This document shows positions 1 through 7,229 of a stretch of 15,892 bases of DNA, one piece after another. Numbering within the stretch: position 1 is the stretch's first letter; each line of letters begins with the position of its first letter. A program made the translations under genes and the position numbers. The DNA is taken from assembly GCA_034717975.1 (NCBI GenBank), contig JAYEMF010000064.1, forward strand, positions 1-15,892, in the 5' to 3' direction. The stretch comes from Campylobacterota bacterium (GTDB taxonomy: Bacteria > Campylobacterota > Campylobacteria > Campylobacterales > Sulfurimonadaceae). A model generated the notes under the pieces. The model was not told the origin of the DNA, made no database searches, and saw nothing but the letters and a program-made list of their open reading frames with translations.

Positions 1-575
1 CAGAGCGTACAGTCCCAGATACCGTTGCTCTGGACCGCTTCGATCTTCTCCTGAACATCCTGTTCACGTACATCGGTGACATACCGCCAGTTTCGTGTCA
101 GGGCAAACGGACCGATAAAATTCTCATTAACGGCATAGACCGGACAGGCACTGTAACAGGAGCCGCAGAGGATACAGTCGCTCTGCAACTCATTGCTCTT
201 CTCATCCTGGGGAGTAACATTGATGTTTGTATTGTTTTCACTGCTCCAGGCACGGGCAATGGTGTTGAATTTCTGCGCTTTTTCAACATCCACCACAAGG
301 TCGCGAATGACCGGCATATTGCGCAGCGGCTCGATCGTATCGCCATCACGAGGTTTATAGGCGCAAGCCAGCACTTCGGTACCGTTAACCCGCATCGCAC
401 AGCTTCCGCAGATAGAACTTCGGCATCCGGATGAAAAGGTGAGAGTAGCATCCTGTTTGTTCTTGATATTAGTTAATATCTCCAGCAGCGTAGCATCTTC
501 GAGGTCGACATGGTAATCGATCAATGCTTCTTTTACTTCGGGTTCAGTCGTATAGCGTTTGATTGTAATTTTCAC
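1..575 (-). CDS. frdB: Fumarate reductase/succinate dehydrogenase iron-sulfur subunit (partial; runs off the left edge, absent from the ORF track)
   Basis: Manual translation from GTG at 575-573: MKITIKRYTTEPEV...SGCRSSICGSCAMRVNGTEVLAC ([2Fe-2S] motif)...DCILCGSCYSACPV ([4Fe-4S] motif)...GIWDCTL. SD AAGGAGG (587-581) overlaps the upstream TAA stop. Confidence 0.93.
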   Translation of the reverse strand, partial: MKITIKRYTTEPEVKEALIDYHVDLEDATLLEILTNIKNKQDATLTFSSGCRSSICGSCAMRVNGTEVLACAYKPRDGDTIEPLRNMPVIRDLVVDVEKAQKFNTIARAWSSENNTNINVTPQDEKSNELQSDCILCGSCYSACPVYAVNENFIGPFALTRNWRYVTDVREQDVQEKIEAVQSNGIWDCTL

Positions 576-585
576 ATCTGCCTCC

Positions 586-2202
586 TTACGCTATGAAGTC
601 GGCGCAGAGTACGCCGTCCTCTTTCCAGGTTATGGTATGCGCGCCATAAACGGCATCATTTCGTTTCGGAATATCCTTGCGGTAATGCGCGCCGCGGCTC
701 TCATTGCGGCTGATGGCACTGACCAGAACGATCTCGGCCAGTTCGACCATATTGCCAAACTCGATAAACTCGATCAGGTTGGTGTTATAGGCCTTGGACT
801 TATCTTTTGGGCCCATGAACGGCAGCTCTTTTTGAATCTGACGGACAGCACCGAGAACCGCTTTGAGCCCCATATCGTCACGCACCATTCCGGCGCTGCC
901 ATAGAAAATATTGCCCATGAACTCACGTTTCTGGTAGAAGTCGATCTGGTTGGTAAAGTGTTTGACACCTATGCTGAAGTTTCTGTCCCGCTGCAGCTGG
1001 GCTGTATTGTTGCACGCCACCTCGGTCTGATGCGCATAGGCACTCGCATGTACACCGGCCTGCAGGCCAAAAACGATCAGTTCCAGCAGTGAGTTGCCCC
1101 CGAGACGGTTTGCACCGTGAACTTTATGGTTGGCACATTCACCTACCGCATAGAGTCCGTTGACCGCCGTTCTCGAGCTCTCGTCCACTTCGATGCCGCC
1201 CATCGTGTAGTGCGCCACCGGTTTGATCGGGATAAGGTCATGCACCGGATCGATCCCCTCGTAGAGCTGTGCCAGCTTTCGCTCCTGCGGCAGCTGCTCT
1301 TCGATGAACGCTTCACCGAGATGGCGGATATCGAGATAAACCTCACCGCTCTTTTCCGACTCTTCCAGAATTGCCCGGGCGACGACATCTCGCGGTGCCA
1401 GTTCATCGGTAAAGCGTTGATGATCGGCATTGAGCAGATGACCGCCGGCACCGCGGGCACTCTCGGAGATCAGGATGGAGGAGTTTTTCAGGGCGGTCGG
1501 ATGAAACTGGACAAACTCCATATCGGAAAGCTTTGCCCCGGCACGGATCGCTGCAGCCAGACCATCACCCGTACTCCCTGTGGCATTGGTGGAGTGTTTG
1601 TCATAAATACGGCTGTAACCGCCCGTGGCGATGATGACCGCCCTGGCCTCATGCTGTTCGACCTCACCTGTTTTAATGTTCAGTGCCGTCACACCGCTTA
1701 CATGAGAGGTACCGTTCTCATTTTTTTCGATAATGTAGTTCAGCAGGTAACATTCGTTCAGAAACTCTATCTCCTGAGCGTTGCACTGATCGTAAAGCGT
1801 ATGCAGGATCTTAAGCCCCGTATAGTCCTGTGCATAACAGGCACGTGAAGAGGAAGCACCTCCCAGACGACGCTGGGCGATCTGCCCCTCTTCCGTCCGG
1901 CTAAAGGGCACACCGATACGATCCAACCAGCGTACCGCGTCCATCCCGTCACGGCAGAGCACTTCAACCTGCTCGGGTGACGCAAGCCCCTGAGCCGCTT
2001 TGAGCGTATCTTCGATATGCGCCTCAAGGGTATCGGCTTCGGCATTCGCCAAAGCGGCATTGATGCCCCCTTGTGCCATTCCTGTCTGCGAACGCGTCGG
2101 GTACGATTTGCTCAATACCTTGACGCTTGCCCCGGCCTCTTTGGCGGAGAGTGCAGCCACCAGGCCTGCCCCTCCCGCACCGATGATCAGTACATCTGTC
2201 AT
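586..2202 (-). CDS. frdA: Fumarate reductase/succinate dehydrogenase flavoprotein subunit (FAD probably non-covalent)
   Basis: GAGGAG FAD-binding fold; motifs AQGGINAAL, QFHPT, ISESARGAGG, ELAPRDVVAR, HYTMGG, HGANRLGGNSL, RNESRGAH. Directly followed by the Fe-S subunit. SD AAGGA at 2212-2208. Confidence 0.88.
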   Translation of the reverse strand: MTDVLIIGAGGAGLVAALSAKEAGASVKVLSKSYPTRSQTGMAQGGINAALANAEADTLEAHIEDTLKAAQGLASPEQVEVLCRDGMDAVRWLDRIGVPFSRTEEGQIAQRRLGGASSSRACYAQDYTGLKILHTLYDQCNAQEIEFLNECYLLNYIIEKNENGTSHVSGVTALNIKTGEVEQHEARAVIIATGGYSRIYDKHSTNATGSTGDGLAAAIRAGAKLSDMEFVQFHPTALKNSSILISESARGAGGHLLNADHQRFTDELAPRDVVARAILEESEKSGEVYLDIRHLGEAFIEEQLPQERKLAQLYEGIDPVHDLIPIKPVAHYTMGGIEVDESSRTAVNGLYAVGECANHKVHGANRLGGNSLLELIVFGLQAGVHASAYAHQTEVACNNTAQLQRDRNFSIGVKHFTNQIDFYQKREFMGNIFYGSAGMVRDDMGLKAVLGAVRQIQKELPFMGPKDKSKAYNTNLIEFIEFGNMVELAEIVLVSAISRNESRGAHYRKDIPKRNDAVYGAHTITWKEDGVLCADFIA

Positions 2203-2229
2203 CTCTATCCTTCTGGATTAAATTGCCAG

Positions 2230-2235
2230 ATTGTA
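2230..2235 (-). promoter_or_regulatory. Putative sigma70 -10 element (TACAAT) for frdAB
   Basis: attgta on + reads TACAAT on -, 27 nt upstream of the frdA ATG in a 104-bp intergenic gap. Confidence 0.45.
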
Positions 2236-2306
2236 CAAAAGCCGCCGTTAGTATTGGCTAAGCCCGTAGCTGTCTGCTTGGAATTTAGATCTTTTTAAGT
2301 AGCCGC

Positions 2307-4805
2307 TTAACGCTGTTCAGTTTCTTTATAATAGGCTTTAAGCTCTTCTACTGAAAATGGTTTGGCATAGAAGTACCCCTGAATCTCATCGCACTCTTCT
2401 CTCTGCAAAAAGTCCACCTGTTCTTTCGTCTCAACACCCTCAGCCGTAATGGAAAGTTTGAATGTTTTGGCAAGCGCAATGATCGCTTTGGCAACGGCCA
2501 CGCTCTCTTGCGAGGCAGGAAGGTCATCCACAAATGATTTGTCTATCTTTAACCGGGTTACCGGAAGTTTTTGCAGATAACTCATGGAGGAGTATCCGGT
2601 ACCAAAATCATCGATGGCCAGATCTACACCCATCTCTCTAATGCCTTGCAGGGTCTGAAGTGCATTCTGAACATTGGTTGCGATGTAGCTTTCCGTAATC
2701 TCCAGTTCGATCTGGCTGGGGAGGATTCCGGTCATAGTGATACTTTTCTGAAGCGTCTGTATCATATCGCTGTTTTGCAGCTGAACGGCAGAGATATTAA
2801 TACTTACCTTATCAAGCGCATAGCCATCTGCTTGAAGTTTGACAAAATCACTGCAGGCCTGCCGCAGTATCCACTCACCCAGCGGAATGATCAAACGGGT
2901 CTCTTCCGCCAACCCAATAAACTGATCAGGCCGGACAAAGCCCAACTCCAGACTGTCCCAGCGTACCAAGGCTTCGATGGCAGCGATTTTCCCCGTCTGC
3001 AAAGAGATCTTTGGCTGGTAAAGCAGAAAAAACTCTTTGCCGGCTTCGACAGCAAATTTCAGGGCATTCGTTCGGGCCGTTCGCTCTTCGAGGTAATCTG
3101 AAAGCTCTTTGGAGAAGAAACTGTAGCTGTTGCGCCCCACATCTTTCGACTTATACATGGCCAGATCTGCATTCTTGATCAATGCAACACTGTCCAGACC
3201 ATCGTTGGGATAGAGTGAAACACCTATGCTGGTCGTGGTGTTGATCTCATGATCACTGCAGATAAAAGGTGCCTTAAAACTATCCAACAGCTTTTTAATG
3301 ATCACTTCGATTTCACTGACCGTTTCGATGTTTTCGATCATAATGTTAAATTCATCACCGCCGATTCGTGCCAATGTATCCGTCGTACGTACCATACTGT
3401 TCAATCGTTTTGAAACGGCTCTCAGCAGCTCATCGCCAATGTCATGCCCCAGGGTATCGTTGACCTCTTTAAAGTGGTCAAGATCCAGAAAGAGGATCGC
3501 CACTTTTGTTTTATTTCGCGCTGCAAGGTCAATGGCATGTTGAAGCCGTAACGTGAACAGCCTGCGATTTGGCAGATCGGTCAGGGTATCATGATGTGAA
3601 AGGTACTCCAGGTTCTCCTGTGACTTCTGCAGGGCAGATTCACGTTCGCAAATTGTCAAAGCCAACTGGTTTACATTTTTTGAAATTGCTTCAAGTTCAT
3701 CCCCGGTACGTATCGGTTTCGAACGGGAGTAATCTCCCCTCTCGATTTTATTGATCTGTGCCATCAGCTTTTCCAGAGGGTTGGCCAGGCCTCTTTTAAA
3801 GAGGGAACGAAGTGATAACAGTATAAAAGCCGTAACAAGCAGCAAGAGCAGCAGTAACTTCTCTCTGTTTTCATCCAATGCGGTTATCAAAAGTGTTTTA
3901 TTGAGTGTGGCGACCAGATATACGTTGCCATTTTGCGTTGGAAGTATCGCTGCACTGAAATACTCTTCATCTGTCTGCACAATCTTCATACGTTCAAGGG
4001 TATTCTTACCCAGAAGCGGGTGGGAAAGGGAAGCATATTTTTCATCCCGACTGGAAGCAATCGTTATATCCAGGTCATTTGAAAGTGATTGCAAATAGGT
4101 TTTCCCGAGCATATAGGACATCTCTATATGGGCCAGGACCTTCTCTTCTCCCGGCTCAGAGATACTCCGGTGCGATTTAATGAAGATCTCATCATCAAAA
4201 AGGTGATAGGTAAGGGTACTTTTGGCAAGCACCTGCCCTTTATCATAGTAGTCAATGTGTTTAAAGCGCATAAGCTTATACTCTTCAAACGGTTTTTCTG
4301 TGTAAACCTTTTCACTTTCACACCTGCTGTAAAGCACTTTTTCACCACTCTTATAGGAGATGAAGTTGAGGCAATAGCCTTTGGCCTCTTTGGTGACAAA
4401 GGCGATCAGCTCTTCATCTTTATCATAAAGGGCGATGTCATTGTTAAGCGAGAGTTTTACCCTGTCCAACAGCTGTTCGGCAATATTTTTTTTCTCTTCA
4501 TCAAGCAAAACAGCATTATAGTTTTCCTTGTCCTGATAGTTGTTTATCAGGTCAATCGAGGCGAGGAGACTCTCATCATGCTGAATAAAAGCGATCCCTT
4601 TTTTGAGTTCATTCTCACTATTGGTCAGCTCAGAGGCAAGGCGATGGAATCCGTACTCCATCTGCTTCTTGGTCTGTTGAAGATGCTTCTCTTTCAAGAA
4701 GGCATCAAAATAGAAACCCACTACAGCGACAGAGATAATAACGGCTAAAATAACAATGAAAGACAATTTGGCTGTCAGATTAAGTTTCTTGTAAAAAGTA
4801 TGCAT
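2307..4805 (-). CDS. Membrane-bound diguanylate cyclase/phosphodiesterase (TM-periplasmic sensor-TM-HAMP-GGDEF-EAL)
   Basis: Two hydrophobic segments flank a ~280-aa periplasmic region. HAMP (PLEKLMAQINKIERGDYS...GDELEAISKNVNQL), HDTLTDLPNR, DLDHFKEVNDTLGH, RTTD-x5-GGDEF, IEALVRW, DDFGTGYSS, KIDKSF, AEGVET, QGYFY. Confidence 0.95.
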   Translation of the reverse strand: MHTFYKKLNLTAKLSFIVILAVIISVAVVGFYFDAFLKEKHLQQTKKQMEYGFHRLASELTNSENELKKGIAFIQHDESLLASIDLINNYQDKENYNAVLLDEEKKNIAEQLLDRVKLSLNNDIALYDKDEELIAFVTKEAKGYCLNFISYKSGEKVLYSRCESEKVYTEKPFEEYKLMRFKHIDYYDKGQVLAKSTLTYHLFDDEIFIKSHRSISEPGEEKVLAHIEMSYMLGKTYLQSLSNDLDITIASSRDEKYASLSHPLLGKNTLERMKIVQTDEEYFSAAILPTQNGNVYLVATLNKTLLITALDENREKLLLLLLLVTAFILLSLRSLFKRGLANPLEKLMAQINKIERGDYSRSKPIRTGDELEAISKNVNQLALTICERESALQKSQENLEYLSHHDTLTDLPNRRLFTLRLQHAIDLAARNKTKVAILFLDLDHFKEVNDTLGHDIGDELLRAVSKRLNSMVRTTDTLARIGGDEFNIMIENIETVSEIEVIIKKLLDSFKAPFICSDHEINTTTSIGVSLYPNDGLDSVALIKNADLAMYKSKDVGRNSYSFFSKELSDYLEERTARTNALKFAVEAGKEFFLLYQPKISLQTGKIAAIEALVRWDSLELGFVRPDQFIGLAEETRLIIPLGEWILRQACSDFVKLQADGYALDKVSINISAVQLQNSDMIQTLQKSITMTGILPSQIELEITESYIATNVQNALQTLQGIREMGVDLAIDDFGTGYSSMSYLQKLPVTRLKIDKSFVDDLPASQESVAVAKAIIALAKTFKLSITAEGVETKEQVDFLQREECDEIQGYFYAKPFSVEELKAYYKETEQR

Positions 4806-4808
4806 GGT

Positions 4809-5729
4809 TTAAAAAATCGGCCCTACCTCTTCGACATTTTCCTGCGTGACAAGCTTTACGGGGATAAAGATATGCTTTGGGACACTCTCATTGGCAAATA
4901 TCTTCAATGCAATCTCAACAGACTGTTTTCCTCCCAGAGGGAAGAGAATCGAACCGCTCTGTGTTCCTTTTCGAATGGCTTCGCGCGCTTCGCTTGTATA
5001 GTCGCATCCTACCATGATGATAGAAGCCGGATCTATCTTATGCCTATGCAGGGCAGAGCGTACACCGCTTAACATACTGTCGCTCTCCGAGAATATCGCG
5101 TCAATATGGACACCCTCTTCGAGCAGCTTTTCCATCTCTATAATGGCATCTTTACGGAGGTAGTTCCCCGTTCGCTTGATCACCTTGATCTCTTTGTGTT
5201 TGGCTATTTCATCCAGAAACCCTCTGCTGCGAAGCTGTGTCACATCGGCTTTCTGCAGTCCTTCGAAAAGCAGGACACGCCCTTTTCCATTCAGGCGTTT
5301 GGCAATATATTTGGCACCTATGGCCCCTATTTTGATATTGTCCGAATTGATGAATGTCGTATAGTCGCTTCCATTAATGCCGCGATCAACAATAATGACA
5401 GGAATACCGCTGTGATAGGCTTTCGATACAACCGGTACCACGGCATCGGCATCATTCGTACCGACAATAAGCAGGTCCACTTTAGCGGCGATAAAGCGCT
5501 CAATCTGCCGGATCAGCAGCGAAGTCTGCCCTTTGGCATCAGAGTAGGTGAACTTCAGGGCCGGATGCTTTGCCACCGCATCACGGACTTCAAATACCTG
5601 TGCTTTTCGAAAATCATTGGCCATCGTATCCTGAGCAAAAGCTATGGTTTTGACACCTTGGTCTGATGCGCTCAGCATCGTCGAAACAGAGACTAAAAAA
5701 ACAATCAGGGTATATTTTAAACGATACAC
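4809..5729 (-). CDS. Periplasmic sugar-binding protein, RbsB-like type I family
   Basis: GTG start with SD AGGAG (5740-5736); Sec-type signal peptide; family motifs NDFR, DAKGQ, GIPVIIVDRG, SDNIKIG, IDAIFSESD, VGCD. Confidence 0.88.
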   Translation of the reverse strand: MYRLKYTLIVFLVSVSTMLSASDQGVKTIAFAQDTMANDFRKAQVFEVRDAVAKHPALKFTYSDAKGQTSLLIRQIERFIAAKVDLLIVGTNDADAVVPVVSKAYHSGIPVIIVDRGINGSDYTTFINSDNIKIGAIGAKYIAKRLNGKGRVLLFEGLQKADVTQLRSRGFLDEIAKHKEIKVIKRTGNYLRKDAIIEMEKLLEEGVHIDAIFSESDSMLSGVRSALHRHKIDPASIIMVGCDYTSEAREAIRKGTQSGSILFPLGGKQSVEIALKIFANESVPKHIFIPVKLVTQENVEEVGPIF

Positions 5730-5755
5730 TTCTCTCTCCTATAAATTACTTTGCA

Positions 5756-5761
5756 AGTATA
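5756..5761 (-). promoter_or_regulatory. Putative -10 element (TATACT) for the SBP/GGDEF-EAL operon
   Basis: agtata on + reads TATACT on -, 15 nt upstream of the SD. Confidence 0.35.
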
Positions 5762-5883
5762 CATCTTTCTAGCGCCAATATTCCAGTTTTACGCCACGCT
5801 ATTTTCTAAAAAGTTCATTTGAGGCACCTTATTTCTCATCCGCCAAGGGGCTGTTTGCACAATAAGGCTCTCTACCGCTCAGG

Positions 5884-5889
5884 TATAAT
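5884..5889 (+). promoter_or_regulatory. Sigma70 -10 element TATAAT for the AEC-thioredoxin operon
   Basis: Perfect TATAAT 8 nt before the ATG at 5898; no SD between them. Confidence 0.6.
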
Positions 5890-5897
5890 GTCACATC

Positions 5898-6806
5898 ATG
5901 AGTAATGTACTGCTTTCTGTCTTGGGGATCTACCTCTTTATCGCTGTCGGATTTATTGCCAAGATGAGCTTCAAAGAGAAGATCGACGATCGTACCATCA
6001 CCCTGCTCTCTGTCTATTTCCTGCAGGTCTTTCTCACCTTCTGGGGACTTCTCAAACGGCCGATCGACACGACGCTGATGATGGCCCCGGCACTCTATCT
6101 GGGCATCACGCTGATCGCCCTTCTCCTGATGGTACCGCTTACTCGCATCTTTTTCCAGGAACCCAAAGAGCGTTCCATTTCGACAATCGCCGCGCTTATC
6201 GGTAATACCGGGAACCTCGGTATCCCTCTTGGTATCGCCATCTTTGGAGAGGAGTCCATCCCCTACACCACGATGATCAACCTGATGAATGTCTTCATCG
6301 TCTACACCTTCGGCGTCTACTTCTACTCCCGCGGCAGTTTTGATATGCGGGCTTCGCTGATGAATATTTTGAAGCTCCCTATCCTCTGGGCGGCGCTGGT
6401 GGCGGTCACACTCAACCTCACCGGCTATACCCCCGGTCCGGTCATCGACAAGACCCTTCAGATGGGTGCTTACGCCTCCATGGTGATCCAGCTGCTGCTC
6501 TTTGGCATCTACCTCTACGGTGTCAAGCTCCAGAGCATTAACCGTCTCCTTATCGGCTGGGTCAGCAGCGTCAAATTTCTACTTGTTCCTCTCATCACCT
6601 ATGCAGTACTCTCCTTTGTGGAGATGGAGAGCATGGTCAAAGGGGTGCTGTTTTTAGAGATGATGATGCCGCTCGCCGTCGCCAACGTCAACCTCGGCTC
6701 GCTCTACAACTGCCGGCCCAAAGATATCACGGCACTGGTCCTGGTCACCTCGGTGCTCTTTTTGGGCATCATCTTCCTTGCACTTGAGATCATCACAACA
6801 TTTTAG
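5898..6806 (+). CDS. AEC (auxin efflux carrier/malate permease) family transporter
   Basis: 302 aa, about 10 hydrophobic segments, GNTGNLGIPLGIAIFG and MMPLAVAN motifs typical of the family. Confidence 0.88.
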   Translation: MSNVLLSVLGIYLFIAVGFIAKMSFKEKIDDRTITLLSVYFLQVFLTFWGLLKRPIDTTLMMAPALYLGITLIALLLMVPLTRIFFQEPKERSISTIAALIGNTGNLGIPLGIAIFGEESIPYTTMINLMNVFIVYTFGVYFYSRGSFDMRASLMNILKLPILWAALVAVTLNLTGYTPGPVIDKTLQMGAYASMVIQLLLFGIYLYGVKLQSINRLLIGWVSSVKFLLVPLITYAVLSFVEMESMVKGVLFLEMMMPLAVANVNLGSLYNCRPKDITALVLVTSVLFLGIIFLALEIITTF

Positions 6807-6815
6807 GAGTCTATT

Positions 6816-7163
6816 TTGATTGAACTTACCGACACTAATTACACTGCTCATGTCGAATCCTATGCTGGACCGATCTTCATCGACTTCTACTCTCCGATGT
6901 GCGGACCCTGCCAGGAGGTACTGACACAGCTTCCCCATTTGGAGAACTACTTCAAAGAGAGAGCCATGATCGCCAAAGTCAATGTCACCCAAAATCCGAA
7001 ACTGGCAAAGAAGTACGAGATCAGCTCCGTACCCTTTTGCGTGAGTATCGGCAGAGATAAGATGATCAAGGATTATGAACTGGGTGCGGCATCCGTCGAC
7101 CGTTATGTCCGTATGATCAAAAAGGCCGAAGGCAAAGGATTTTTTGCACGCCTTTTTGGATAA
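6816..7163 (+). CDS. Thioredoxin-family protein
   Basis: TTG start after SD AGGAG; IDFYSPMCGPC active site, AKVNV, and cis-Pro loop SSVP; 115 aa. Confidence 0.88.
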   Translation: MIELTDTNYTAHVESYAGPIFIDFYSPMCGPCQEVLTQLPHLENYFKERAMIAKVNVTQNPKLAKKYEISSVPFCVSIGRDKMIKDYELGAASVDRYVRMIKKAEGKGFFARLFG

Positions 7164-7178
7164 GTTGACGGCTAAAAG

Positions 7179-7220
7179 ATGATTAATATCAAGAGATAAC
7201 TACACCGGTTTCGTTACACT
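7179..7220 (+). promoter_or_regulatory. Crp/Fnr-family box (aTGAT-N4-ATCAA) plus TACACT -10 upstream of the sensor kinase
   Basis: ATGATTAATATCAA at 7179-7192 is a 9/10 match to TTGAT-N4-ATCAA. TACACT at 7215-7220 places the box centre at about -41.5. Confidence 0.5.
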
Positions 7221-7229
7221 ACGCCTCTT

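Noticed and set aside
98..451. 117-aa minus-strand ORF in the track
   Set aside because: Wrong frame; the real gene is the Fe-S subunit starting at GTG 575, with ferredoxin Cys motifs.
559..1848. Long plus-strand ORFs (559-1092, 1117-1848) and similar shadow ORFs elsewhere (2571-3101, 4089-4748, 5106-5666, 9553-10113, 11044-11715, 13296-13793, 15141-15548)
   Set aside because: They lie antisense to well-supported genes and have no recognisable motifs; codon bias explains them.
586..2202. L-aspartate oxidase (nadB) assignment
   Set aside because: Although the covalent His is missing, the gene is coupled to an SdhB/FrdB-type Fe-S gene and has FrdA-like motifs (PTRS, HGANRLGGNSL).
2307..5729. 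Horizontally acquired island
   Set aside because: It looks somewhat more AT-rich by eye, but I saw no integrase, IS or flanking direct repeats and did not compute composition.
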